From the NCBI GenBank assembly GCA_017405875.1, contig JAFQZM010000020.1, positions 9,422 to 73,421 on the forward strand: a DNA stretch of 64,000 bases, given 5' to 3'. The stretch comes from a bacterium. Lineage in GTDB: Bacteria > UBP6 > UBA1177. Shown one piece after another: positions 8,247 to 18,201 of this stretch. Both the position numbers and the translations under genes were made by a program. Positions within the stretch are counted from its first letter, which is position 1. The number at the start of each line of letters is the position of its first letter. The notes beneath the pieces are model-generated. The model had not been told where the DNA came from and ran no database searches. It saw only the letters and a program-made list of their open reading frames with translations.

Positions 8247-9467
8247 CTAAATGTGGTAAACACCCGGAAGTTTGCAGATATTGTGGCAGTCGAGGACTAC
8301 TTTTCCCGAAAGTTTGTCCATGTTTTCTTTGATCTCGTTGTGTTTTACCATGATCACGACGAAATCAACGGCAGCAAGGAACTTGTTAAGGTCGTGGAAC
8401 TGATTCGGAACAACATCTTTCGTAATAAACGGATCATAAACCTTGAGCCCAGTAGCCAAGTGGCGCTCCTGACTTTCAAGAAGCTGCAGAGTCGGACTTT
8501 CGCGCATATCATCGACATTTTCTTTGTAAGTGAGGCCATACAATCCGACTCTGGTAATGTCGGTCATTCCCTTCTCTTTCATGATCTCGTATATCCTGTT
8601 GAGAACGAAATCGGGCATCGCGTCATTGGTGCGCATCGCTTCGTCAATAACTTTTGCTAATGATGGATAATCGCCTACCAGAAACCACGGATCGACTGAA
8701 ATACAGTGTCCGCCGACACCCGGACCCGGCTGAAGGATGTTTACTCTCGGGTGCATGTTGCAGATCCTGATTATCTCATAGACATTCATGTTGTCGTGGC
8801 GGCAGATCTTCGCGAGTTCGTTTGCAAATGCGATATTGACTGCACGGTAAGTGTTCTCAACAACTTTGGTCATTTCTGCTGTTTTGATGTCGGTAACGAC
8901 TATCTCGCCCTGACAGAATGAAGCGTAGATCTTTTTGATCTTCTCACCGATCTCTTTTTCATCTGCACCGATCGTGCGGTTGTTATGCAGAAGTTCATAG
9001 ACCATGTTTCCGGGGATGATACGCTCCGGAGCGTGAACAAGGTGGATATCCTTGCCGATAACAAAGCCGTTCGCCTCTATCACAGGACGGACGAATTTTT
9101 CGATAGTTCCCGGCGAAACCGTCGATTCAATAACGACCGTCGCACCTTTAGGGCAGACTTTCATAACGTCTTTGACAGCCGCAACGACATAGCACGCATC
9201 GACTTTCTTGCTGAATTTGTCGTAAGGAGTCGGGACTGAAACGATGTAAGTGTCAGTGACCTGATATTCGGTCGTGAACTTTATTCCAGCTTTCAGAGCA
9301 TCCTGAAAAAGCTCATCTAAACCGTCTTCCTTGAAAGTCGTTTTCCCTTCATTCAGAGTCGCCACGAGCTCTTTGTTGTAATCCGTGCCGATGACTTCAA
9401 CACCGTGTGATGACAGCATGAGTGCCGTCGGAAGTCCGATGTAACCAAGACCAATTACGTTTACCAT
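8247..9467 (-). CDS. wecC: UDP-N-acetyl-D-mannosamine dehydrogenase
   Basis: NAD-binding VNVIGLGYIGLPTA and catalytic Cys in GVGGHCISVDPWFL. RBS AGGAGG. It sits directly upstream of wecB, giving the classic UDP-ManNAcA pair. Confidence 0.85.
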   Translation of the reverse strand: MVNVIGLGYIGLPTALMLSSHGVEVIGTDYNKELVATLNEGKTTFKEDGLDELFQDALKAGIKFTTEYQVTDTYIVSVPTPYDKFSKKVDACYVVAAVKDVMKVCPKGATVVIESTVSPGTIEKFVRPVIEANGFVIGKDIHLVHAPERIIPGNMVYELLHNNRTIGADEKEIGEKIKKIYASFCQGEIVVTDIKTAEMTKVVENTYRAVNIAFANELAKICRHDNMNVYEIIRICNMHPRVNILQPGPGVGGHCISVDPWFLVGDYPSLAKVIDEAMRTNDAMPDFVLNRIYEIMKEKGMTDITRVGLYGLTYKENVDDMRESPTLQLLESQERHLATGLKVYDPFITKDVVPNQFHDLNKFLAAVDFVVIMVKHNEIKENMDKLSGKVVLDCHNICKLPGVYHI

Positions 9468-9547
9468 TGTTTACCTCCTAAGAATTTTTATAACACAAAT
9501 ATATGATTTGTTGGTTAAACATGTGTTCACCTAATTCCTGCTATTTA

Positions 9548-11353
9548 TTACATTGAAAGCATATATTTTATTTGTTTAAGTGTTATCGGATCTTTTACTT
9601 TCTGGAATTTAGAATTCCACTCACACTCTTTCACAAACAGTTCTTGGCACATAGCATTAATATCTTTCCCTTCAGCCACACCGTGAATAACATACGATAT
9701 GAAATCATCCACATACGAATGTAGATTTTCAATAAGTAACGACAGATATGACATATTTTCTCCATTGTGGATAATCATATTTCTATTTCGATAGATCCGC
9801 ATAATTTGCCACCTGACACGTTTTGCATGCTTTTCCACAAATGAATGAACCCTTTTCGGAGAGGACAACATTTTACCATAATAATTTATGCGTTCCTTCA
9901 ACAGAGGGAAGTCATCACATTTTGCAAGCATAGCTTTCCGCTCTTTTTCTTTTGCATCTAACAATGTAAATTCGCATATTGCTCTAACAATCTCAAACTC
10001 ATTCTCTTCAGAGCCCACGATATCAGTGTATAATTTTTCATTATATGTTTTGATATCATCCACCAACTGCTTAAAAAGAGAATAGATATACTTCTGCTTG
10101 AGCAACGGGACTAAATACATACAGACTTGCTGAATTCGATCTGTTGTATGCTTGTTGCTAATATCTAGAACCGATTCAAAGATAGCCCAACAATCTAAGA
10201 GTTGATTTTCTTCCGACAAACTATCCAAAGCATGAGAATGATACCTTACGGCTCCGATTAGCGGCTTATAGTTTCTATGACTTTTATCATCAATAATTTG
10301 TTTTATGGCTTCACCGGCAACCCTCATATTTTCTGACATCTGCTTATTTGAAGGAAGTTTTGTATGCTCTATCGCTTGCACATCTCGTACAACCTTATAT
10401 ATGTTATCGTCATCTAGAACCACACATTTTGCACTACGGATGCGGCTACTGTAAGTATGGTCATAAAATCGATAGATTGAAGTAACAAGATTTTCGATAG
10501 CATTGACGGCTTGATGCGCTGCAGCAAATGGATCAAGCCCATCCTCATCTACAATAAGAAATTTTTCGCCCTTTTTGTGATTAGAAAAACTCTTATCAAT
10601 CCTATTTTTTAATTCGTCAGGCAAATCGTCAATGCATTTAAAGTAAAGATTATTGAGTATGCTATAGTCAATCATTTTGTTAACATTCTCACTTTTTACT
10701 TTGAACACAACTTTATACTTTTTCTTAGTAAAATCGAATCGTGCAAAAAAACCATCTATTCTACATGGAGAAGCAACAACGGCTGACGGCTCCCAAAACA
10801 GATCATTCATTATCTCATAGATATATCTTAGGCTATAGCCGCTATTCTTCAATTCAGTCAACATGGATTTTGTTAGTCGGAATAGATTTTCCTGCTCATT
10901 ACAGTTGTTTTCCTTAATTATTTTGACTATTTGATCTCGCAATTGGAAATAATATTTATTATTACTAAAAAACACTTGATTTAAAGCATACACTGTCTTT
11001 TTCGAGTCATCACATCCGAATTCAGATACATTCGCACGCAACTCATATTTATCGTTTTGATATTTAAGAAAATAATCTAGAGGCTTGTAATTTTCTTGGA
11101 AAACCGGATCATTTTTCAACTCACAATGAAGCTCTTCCATAATAGGTTTTAAAGTTCCTTCATGGACTCCCTTATATTCAATTCCGTTAATTGCTGTTAT
11201 TGCATCAACGCAAAGATAGTGACTATTCAAAGTAGATATTCTGTTCGAAGGAATAGAATAATCAAAAAGCAACTCATTGACCAACTGTGAAAAGAAAAGC
11301 AGATTCTCACAACCCTTAATATCCGTCCATTTATCTAGATTGCCTCTTTTCAT
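9548..11353 (-). CDS. hypothetical 601-aa protein with a C-terminal RNxxxH (HEPN-like) motif
   Basis: Very AT-rich. It has no signal peptide or TM segments and no glycosyltransferase or P-loop motifs. The C-terminal alpha-helical region contains RIYRNRNMIIHNGE, which fits HEPN Rx4-6H with a polar residue after the Arg. A strong RBS GAGGGGGAGAG precedes the ATG. It is embedded in the polysaccharide operon. Confidence 0.5.
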   Translation of the reverse strand: MKRGNLDKWTDIKGCENLLFFSQLVNELLFDYSIPSNRISTLNSHYLCVDAITAINGIEYKGVHEGTLKPIMEELHCELKNDPVFQENYKPLDYFLKYQNDKYELRANVSEFGCDDSKKTVYALNQVFFSNNKYYFQLRDQIVKIIKENNCNEQENLFRLTKSMLTELKNSGYSLRYIYEIMNDLFWEPSAVVASPCRIDGFFARFDFTKKKYKVVFKVKSENVNKMIDYSILNNLYFKCIDDLPDELKNRIDKSFSNHKKGEKFLIVDEDGLDPFAAAHQAVNAIENLVTSIYRFYDHTYSSRIRSAKCVVLDDDNIYKVVRDVQAIEHTKLPSNKQMSENMRVAGEAIKQIIDDKSHRNYKPLIGAVRYHSHALDSLSEENQLLDCWAIFESVLDISNKHTTDRIQQVCMYLVPLLKQKYIYSLFKQLVDDIKTYNEKLYTDIVGSEENEFEIVRAICEFTLLDAKEKERKAMLAKCDDFPLLKERINYYGKMLSSPKRVHSFVEKHAKRVRWQIMRIYRNRNMIIHNGENMSYLSLLIENLHSYVDDFISYVIHGVAEGKDINAMCQELFVKECEWNSKFQKVKDPITLKQIKYMLSM

Positions 11354-11385
11354 CTCTCCCCCTCACTCATCCAGTTTACTTTTCA

Positions 11386-13155
11386 CTATCCTTTTAGCAA
11401 CTTTCTAAGCAATACACGTTTTACTTTATTGACCAGATTTTTACTCGTAAAAACTTTAATACTTTTCTTAAAATGTTCTTCTGATTCATTTTTTGCTAAA
11501 TATTTAAAAAAGGCATTTCTATAAAGTCCTTGAGGCGTGCTTTTCAATAGTTTAGGGTGAGTCTCTATCGCAAAATCAACTGTTGTTTCTTGCAAAACGG
11601 CATCGTCTTTGATCTTTTCCATCAATTTGTCTCCTTTTTCCGTTTTTACAAAAAGCATGGATATCCCAGCATCATCATCCATGTCAGGATGCAGTTTTTG
11701 AATACCCCAATAATCTCCTATTGTTACATCTGCATAGGAATTGAAATTTTTGAAATCACATTTGTGGCAACATTTTCTAAGCGCAATATTATGTGAAAAC
11801 GCTGAGAAAAATTCACTGTCAGGTCGCAATATAATTTCTTCACCGCCATCCTGATAGATGATTCTGACATTGCTTTTATTCCATCCGTTCGTTTTATCTC
11901 TAAAGAAAAATTGAACTATTTTCTTTTTTGTCCTTTTTTCTAAATAAGAAATATATCTGTGAAAAACCAACGGACTCGGAGCACCATGGCATACCAGATC
12001 GCACAAGAAAAGGTTTTCTGATGCAGCATTTTCCCCTAAATAGCAGTGTAATGCCGCAATCTGGCAAGGCAATCCTGCAACGAACACCTTTTTTTCATTC
12101 TTCAATAAAGTTTGAATTTGCCCGTAAATATGATTTGTGTCGCTCTGGACATACTTTGAATCCCTAAAACCATCTATATCATTAACGGATTTGCACAAAT
12201 CAAAAACCGCATCCAAGTTTTCGTTCAGTTTCACCCCAGCACAAACACCGCCGGATTCTATAAACTTACGGGCCATAAGAGCCCAAGCCCCTCCGGAAGC
12301 ACTTTTCATGCGGCTATCTGTATCGCTGTCTTTCATTGCATAGGCTTTTAACGGTAGATTTTCAATTTTAGGCTGACTAACCGGGCAGTTTTTATAACAT
12401 TTTTCACAATGAACACATGTGTTTGCATCAATACAAGGATACGAAAACCCTTCGAAAGATACCACCATTGAAATACTATGCGTAGGACATATTTCCGAGC
12501 ACAAAGCACAGCCAACACATTTTGTCATATCGGTCAAGACATCATTTTCACCTTTACCCATACCATAAGGCTCCAATTTTTTAAGTATTTTTGCAGGATT
12601 ACCAGCAATAACACAATCTCCTTCCGGGAAACTTTTTGTAACAACTGATCCAGCTCCAACTATCGTATGATTCCCCAAAACCACTCCCGGAAGAATTGAG
12701 CAGTTAATCCCTATCCAGCAGTTATCACCTATAACAATGTCTTTTCCTGCAAGATGCTGCTCCAATTTCTGCATATTATGATTTGCGCTGACGATGCCGA
12801 CATTACATGCACAATAGCAGTTTTTACCAAAAATGATTTTTCCATCAGAAGAAGCACGATAATAGTTTCCTGCCTTTTGAAACAGATTAATATTATCATC
12901 TTCAAAAATAATATTTCGCCAATTTACAACTGTTGCTCTAAATGTAACAGGGAAAGGACAATCTCTGTTTATACCGACAATTTTCTGGATGAAAAAGTCT
13001 TCTATAACCCATCTCCAACCACTTGAATATCGGTATTTATCAAAGAAACGACCTTTCAGATATCGTGATTTATAGAAAATATGTCCTATAATCCACGCTA
13101 TATTTTTTTTCAGAAAACTAACAGCAAATTTTATCGCTCTCTCGGCTTTACTCAT
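11386..13155 (-). CDS. fusion protein: hexapeptide-repeat (LbH) acetyltransferase, 2x[4Fe-4S] ferredoxin, and a coenzyme F420 hydrogenase beta-subunit (FrhB)-like domain
   Basis: Hexapeptide repeats run IVIGDNCWIGINCSILPGVVLGNHTIVGAGSVV...AGNPAKI. Two CxxCxxCxxxCP clusters follow (CVGCALCSEICP, CVHCEKCYKNCP). The C-terminal half carries FrhB-like blocks (SASGGAW, GLPCQIAAL, CHGAPSP). Confidence 0.7.
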   Translation of the reverse strand: MSKAERAIKFAVSFLKKNIAWIIGHIFYKSRYLKGRFFDKYRYSSGWRWVIEDFFIQKIVGINRDCPFPVTFRATVVNWRNIIFEDDNINLFQKAGNYYRASSDGKIIFGKNCYCACNVGIVSANHNMQKLEQHLAGKDIVIGDNCWIGINCSILPGVVLGNHTIVGAGSVVTKSFPEGDCVIAGNPAKILKKLEPYGMGKGENDVLTDMTKCVGCALCSEICPTHSISMVVSFEGFSYPCIDANTCVHCEKCYKNCPVSQPKIENLPLKAYAMKDSDTDSRMKSASGGAWALMARKFIESGGVCAGVKLNENLDAVFDLCKSVNDIDGFRDSKYVQSDTNHIYGQIQTLLKNEKKVFVAGLPCQIAALHCYLGENAASENLFLCDLVCHGAPSPLVFHRYISYLEKRTKKKIVQFFFRDKTNGWNKSNVRIIYQDGGEEIILRPDSEFFSAFSHNIALRKCCHKCDFKNFNSYADVTIGDYWGIQKLHPDMDDDAGISMLFVKTEKGDKLMEKIKDDAVLQETTVDFAIETHPKLLKSTPQGLYRNAFFKYLAKNESEEHFKKSIKVFTSKNLVNKVKRVLLRKLLKG

Positions 13156-13158
13156 CTG

Positions 13159-14331
13159 TTATTCCACCATTATTTTATCTATCGCTCTATCAAAGCTATC
13201 CCTTTCTGAAAGCAAAATCTTCTTTCCCTCCTTAATTCTATTTACATAAGAATGGCGATTATCAATAATGTCTTTCATTTTGCTTTCCATATTAGCAGCA
13301 TCCGTCCCCCCAACAAAACAACAGTCAGAAAGCCCCATCTTATTCATAACATCAGGAATTTTACCCAAATGAACTTTGCTAAAATCCTTTCTGTCAGAGG
13401 AAATTACAGGCGTTTCATTAACCAAAGACAAAAGCGTTCCATGGTAATAATTCGTCAGGGTCAATTCAAACATTCCGAATATCAAAGCCCATTCACATGG
13501 AGCTAATTCTCCCAAAAACAAATCCGCTCCACGAGTGAAATTGTAAAGCGAGATAAAAAAATAATCATTAAAACGCCGTCTGATTTCTACAATTGCTCTC
13601 GTATCTGATTCCATTATTCCGATAATTTTTTTATTCAATGGAATATGATATTTTTTCTTAAGTTCACTTAAAGGATCTCCTGCATTTGGAAATGCATCTT
13701 TTGCAACTTCTTTTAAATCAAGAAAGAAAGTCGGATCACAATTTATATTAGGAACCACAGTCCCTTTCGTTATTTCACTTATAAAATCAGCAGTGTAACT
13801 ATCCCTAACACCCACAAAACGATATCTGGGCAAAACCTTTGCAAAATTAGATAAATCAATCTCGTTTTGCTTTAAATAATCCATCCCGTAGGCAGATGCG
13901 GCATAACTCATTCTGACAGGTCCGTTAAAATCTAAAACATACGGATTGGGGTAGCCTCTTTTGATCCAATTCCAAACAGCATCGCTACCAACAATAACAA
14001 CATCATAATGATCCTTTAAGTACGCTGTAAACGATTCATTGTTTCCGTCAAACTCAAAATGTTCCTTTGATAAAGACAATTTATTCAATTCACTTTGAAA
14101 ATTGTCATATTGTTTCCTTTTCTTCAGTGATACAACAGGGTGTCGAAAAGTCATAAAAGATATTTTTGGCATGTAGTGTTCATGCATTGTTTTACTTTCA
14201 TAATCTATTATCTCGACGACACAATCAGGAAACTTCCGTGCAAGATAATGTGAAAGAGAATAAGCCTGCATAAATGCTCCGTAGTTTATACTTCTGTGGA
14301 ATGTCAAGATTCCTATTCTTTTCTTCATCAA
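13159..14331 (-). CDS. polysaccharide pyruvyl transferase (WcaK/CsaB family)
   Basis: N-terminal IGILTFHRSINYGAFMQAYSL is the family signature. It is adjacent to the FrhB-like gene, a known pairing. Confidence 0.8.
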   Translation of the reverse strand: MMKKRIGILTFHRSINYGAFMQAYSLSHYLARKFPDCVVEIIDYESKTMHEHYMPKISFMTFRHPVVSLKKRKQYDNFQSELNKLSLSKEHFEFDGNNESFTAYLKDHYDVVIVGSDAVWNWIKRGYPNPYVLDFNGPVRMSYAASAYGMDYLKQNEIDLSNFAKVLPRYRFVGVRDSYTADFISEITKGTVVPNINCDPTFFLDLKEVAKDAFPNAGDPLSELKKKYHIPLNKKIIGIMESDTRAIVEIRRRFNDYFFISLYNFTRGADLFLGELAPCEWALIFGMFELTLTNYYHGTLLSLVNETPVISSDRKDFSKVHLGKIPDVMNKMGLSDCCFVGGTDAANMESKMKDIIDNRHSYVNRIKEGKKILLSERDSFDRAIDKIMVE

Positions 14332-14346
14332 ACGATATCCTCCACT

Positions 14347-15795
14347 TTAAACACTCTTTAACTTTTTCCAGTAGTATTTTGCCGGCCTCATCATTATTAA
14401 ACAATACACTACAGCCCATACAACCGCCAATACAACCGCTTGAATATTTCCCGGCAACAATATCTTATGAACAAAATGAAAAGCGACCCCAAGCGCAAGA
14501 TTTACAAGCACCGTCAACGCCATATTCTTCCAAGGAAAAATTTCAGAAAATTTTACATTGATCAATCTTGAAGAGAATACAAGTTGCAATGTACCCATAA
14601 TCAATCCAGACAAAAGCGTTGCGAGTGCTGGTCCAACGACACCCATAATCTTATAAAATGCAATATTCATTATTGTATTCAAACAAAGAGTTCCTACTGC
14701 ACTATAAAAAACCAGCTTCGTTTTTCCTGTGGTATTTAAAACAATACCAAAATATGTGCACCTCAACAAAAGTTCCAAACTATAAATCGCAAATACTGCA
14801 GCTCCTGGCGCATACTTGGCGGAATAAAGCATTGTAATTGCATCTGTTGAAAAAACGGCCATTCCTATACCAAAAAAAGCCATAACAGCAAAAGAAATCG
14901 TGGTTACATCACGCCATATTGCAACAGCCTCTTCATTTTGCTGTTGTTTAAACAGCCTTACCATTTTAGGCATAAGAACAGCAGTTAAAGATGATGCAAC
15001 AATTGTCAAAGGAAGTTCTTTTGACGCAACCGAATAAATCGCCAGATCTTCAGTAGTCAAAAGATGCCCTATCATCAATTTATCGATTTCTATATTCATA
15101 GTTCCTACAACACTCGCTAATCCAAGAGGTATTGAAAAAACAAGCACCGATTTAATCAAATTTTTATCGATATTCCAGTGAAGTCTTCCCGTATACTTTG
15201 AAGCAAGCATATAAACAGCAAGCGCATATAAACCTTCGACAATGACATATAGGATCATATACGTCATAAAGCTGCTGTTTGTGATCCATACATAAAAAAT
15301 GATTAACAGCACGGTTAAACTGTTGGAAATACTATACTTAATCAAAGTCTTAGATTTTCCTAAAACAATCAACACATTTCCGGCACTTGCAATAATAATT
15401 TTTGCCCACGGAAAAATTAGAAGAAAAAATATGAACTGAGCCAGATTAGGATCGCTGAAGTATCGGATCCATATAGGTGTCAACACCACCAATGTTATGC
15501 CGAGAGCTATCGCTAGAATTGTAGAAAAAGTATAATATAGAGATAAAAATCTGTTTTTGTCTTCTTTTGTTTCGGCTCTTGCCAAAAAATAATTGATGGA
15601 ATTCGGCAACCCCAGCATAAATATAACTGTGGCAAGATTTATGACCAGCAAAAGTTCGAAATATATTCCGTTTTCTTCAAGAGTTCTTATTCTTGCCAGC
15701 AGCATTGCCGAGACAAGAGTCAGTATATTGCCGATGATTTTAGAAGCAGTCAGCAGGATTGCATCCGTTGTTAAAGATCCTTCTTTAGCCATCAA
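14347..15795 (-). CDS. wzx: Wzx-type polysaccharide flippase (MOP superfamily)
   Basis: About 12-14 predicted TM helices and a polysaccharide-biosynthesis (Polysacc_synt) N-terminal pattern (ASKIIGNILTLVSAMLLARI). Confidence 0.8.
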   Translation of the reverse strand: MMAKEGSLTTDAILLTASKIIGNILTLVSAMLLARIRTLEENGIYFELLLVINLATVIFMLGLPNSINYFLARAETKEDKNRFLSLYYTFSTILAIALGITLVVLTPIWIRYFSDPNLAQFIFFLLIFPWAKIIIASAGNVLIVLGKSKTLIKYSISNSLTVLLIIFYVWITNSSFMTYMILYVIVEGLYALAVYMLASKYTGRLHWNIDKNLIKSVLVFSIPLGLASVVGTMNIEIDKLMIGHLLTTEDLAIYSVASKELPLTIVASSLTAVLMPKMVRLFKQQQNEEAVAIWRDVTTISFAVMAFFGIGMAVFSTDAITMLYSAKYAPGAAVFAIYSLELLLRCTYFGIVLNTTGKTKLVFYSAVGTLCLNTIMNIAFYKIMGVVGPALATLLSGLIMGTLQLVFSSRLINVKFSEIFPWKNMALTVLVNLALGVAFHFVHKILLPGNIQAVVLAVVWAVVYCLIMMRPAKYYWKKLKSV

Positions 15796-17086
15796 TCAGC
15801 TCACAAAATCTTTTCACTATATTCTTCCAGTTGTATCTCTGCTCAATTCCTTCACTATCAGGATCAAATATAGCAGGTTTTCCGTTGTTAAACTGAACAG
15901 CCTGTTCTTTAAGCCATTCGTATAATTCATGTTCAGTGTTTTTATCGGCACTTTCGTATGAGACACCCAAACTGAATTTATGAATAGTTGACGTGACTTC
16001 CGATCCGGCCAAGTTACCGTCGACAACCGATATGATCGGTTTGTTCATCAGCATATATTCTATGAATTTTCCGGGAAAGACACCTTCTTCGCCCTTTTCA
16101 TTCCATGTTGAAAGCACCAAAAACCTTGAATTGTGTTGAAGATTCAAGCAGTCAACTCTTGAAAGAAAGCCGTGTCCCTTTACAATTCCTTCCATTCCGT
16201 ATTGTTTAGCCTGAGCCGTCAGATATTTAATGTCTTTTCCTGCATAGTTGAAGATCATTTTTTCTTTAGGAAGAATTTCTTCATCAGACAACTGTTTCAA
16301 TGCCTTAAAAAGAGGGCTTAAATCCCGTTTGCCCTCATACAATGCCCCAACATAGGTCATGTCAAAAAGAGAATTTATCGTTGTATTTGGATTTGCCTCC
16401 GGCAGATCGTCGGAATCAAATCCATTAGGAATGACCTCAAATTTATTCGCACTTTCTTTTGTCAGCATCCTGCTTCTGTAACCTTCCGAAACAGTTACAA
16501 CATGATCAGCCACAGCCATGCTTTTCTTTTGCAGATACATATAATACGGATCAAATAATTTAGGCATGATTTTAGAGACCATCGGATCACGAAAATCGTT
16601 TATCCACACAACAGATGGTTTGCGTTTTTTTGCTTCCATACCAGCCAATAAAGAACCTATCGGACCGAAAGTAGAAAACACAAAATCAAAATCTTCCAAT
16701 TTAAGTCTGCCGTCATCAACATAATTGCAAAATGTCCGATAGAAATTTCTTCCTTGTCTATATGCCAAATATTGTCGTTTAGTTCTCTTCAGTGATTGCA
16801 AAAAAGCATAAAACCGACTGTTTTTGGGATTCTCTTTTATTGCATTATTCTCTGTTTGCTGCACATAAACAAGCTTTTCATTGTGTGTTTTTACGACTTC
16901 TGCATATATGACCATGTATGGCGAATTCGAAGCTTCTGATTTTCCAGACAAACATTCGTTGGAAGTAAACACCGTCACATCATAACCATTCAAATTCAAG
17001 TATTTTGCAAGCTTTGTCGGGCGAACTGATCCAACGCTGTTCTTTGGAAAAAACAATTCACTGATTATCATTATTTTCTTACTCAT
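15785..17086 (-). CDS. glycosyltransferase (GT-B fold, GT4-like)
   Basis: The C-terminal half resembles GT4 (LSTWNEKGEEGVFPGKFIEYMLMNKPII). RBS GAGGA. Confidence 0.6.
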   Translation of the reverse strand: MSKKIMIISELFFPKNSVGSVRPTKLAKYLNLNGYDVTVFTSNECLSGKSEASNSPYMVIYAEVVKTHNEKLVYVQQTENNAIKENPKNSRFYAFLQSLKRTKRQYLAYRQGRNFYRTFCNYVDDGRLKLEDFDFVFSTFGPIGSLLAGMEAKKRKPSVVWINDFRDPMVSKIMPKLFDPYYMYLQKKSMAVADHVVTVSEGYRSRMLTKESANKFEVIPNGFDSDDLPEANPNTTINSLFDMTYVGALYEGKRDLSPLFKALKQLSDEEILPKEKMIFNYAGKDIKYLTAQAKQYGMEGIVKGHGFLSRVDCLNLQHNSRFLVLSTWNEKGEEGVFPGKFIEYMLMNKPIISVVDGNLAGSEVTSTIHKFSLGVSYESADKNTEHELYEWLKEQAVQFNNGKPAIFDPDSEGIEQRYNWKNIVKRFCELIDG

Positions 17087-17097
17087 TCAAAAAATCC

Positions 17098-18201
17098 TCA
17101 AAAATTATTGGTTTGTGCCGTTTTTATCAATGATATTTTTTGCACTACTATATTAAGCATCATATCTGAAAAATGGTTCAACGGAATGCAAACAATCAAA
17201 CTCAAAACCAATGTAAGTACATTTTTTACCAATCCGCTATGAACAACAGAACCTAAAAGATATATAAAAACGATCCGAAGTTCGCTGTGCCATCCCATTA
17301 TATGCAAGCTGTTAACACCATAATATGTTAAAGATTTTCGAAGTACCGCTATCCTTTCGAACTCTATTGAAAGCGCAACTGTTCCCCAAAAACCACATGT
17401 AGCTTTCAACAGAAAAAGTAGGACTGAATCATATGAATTTCTGCTCATAGAATCTGTTCCACCCACAAGAATAATAATTCCATAGCACATTAAAGGAAAA
17501 ATCACCCTATAGTCTTTTAGCACCTTATAAGTTTCTGAAAATTTGAAAATATATGTTTTGAATGCATCTCCAAGATAAAAAAACACCAAACCAGTAAGAG
17601 CTGAAGAGATACACCACGGTAAAGCATTTCCTTTCAGGAAAAATCCGCCTGAAATAAAGGCTAAGCCAACCACAACCGCTTTTATGTATTTATTACTGAC
17701 GAATGAGATTGCTTCATACATCAATCTAATAGCGAAATACATTGACAAATACCACATTGCCCCAATTGAAATTCCGGTAATATTTCCGTTGCCGGAAATA
17801 ATCGTCAGCAGATAATCCCAAATGTTGTGATTTATTGGAGATTTATTCAAAACAAAGGATTTCCATAAGTATTCAAACAATATCCATAAAGTCGTAAAAA
17901 ACAAATAGGCATAGAGTACTCTTAACAAATCATGTCTACAAAAATCCTTAACGCTATTCCGTTTTTTATACACCATTCCCGAAGCAAATAAAAACAGTGG
18001 AACATGAAACGAATATATAAAGTTTTTTATATCCGGATTTATGCTATCCAAGCTCAAATGTCCAATGACAATCAAGATGATGGCTATGCCTTTAAGTATA
18101 TCAAGCCATTCAATTCTTTTGGCTGTTACCACTCCAAATTCCGATTGCATTTTTTTTCGACTCAAAATTTTCACCAACCTAAAGAAGTATAATTTTCGCA
18201 A
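17098..18201 (-). CDS. membrane acyltransferase family 3 (OatA/WecH-like O-acyltransferase)
   Basis: Polytopic membrane protein with WLDILKGIAIILIVIGH near the N-terminus. The start is ambiguous between TTG at 18201 and ATG at 18150. Confidence 0.7.
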   Translation of the reverse strand: MRKLYFFRLVKILSRKKMQSEFGVVTAKRIEWLDILKGIAIILIVIGHLSLDSINPDIKNFIYSFHVPLFLFASGMVYKKRNSVKDFCRHDLLRVLYAYLFFTTLWILFEYLWKSFVLNKSPINHNIWDYLLTIISGNGNITGISIGAMWYLSMYFAIRLMYEAISFVSNKYIKAVVVGLAFISGGFFLKGNALPWCISSALTGLVFFYLGDAFKTYIFKFSETYKVLKDYRVIFPLMCYGIIILVGGTDSMSRNSYDSVLLFLLKATCGFWGTVALSIEFERIAVLRKSLTYYGVNSLHIMGWHSELRIVFIYLLGSVVHSGLVKNVLTLVLSLIVCIPLNHFSDMMLNIVVQKISLIKTAQTNNF

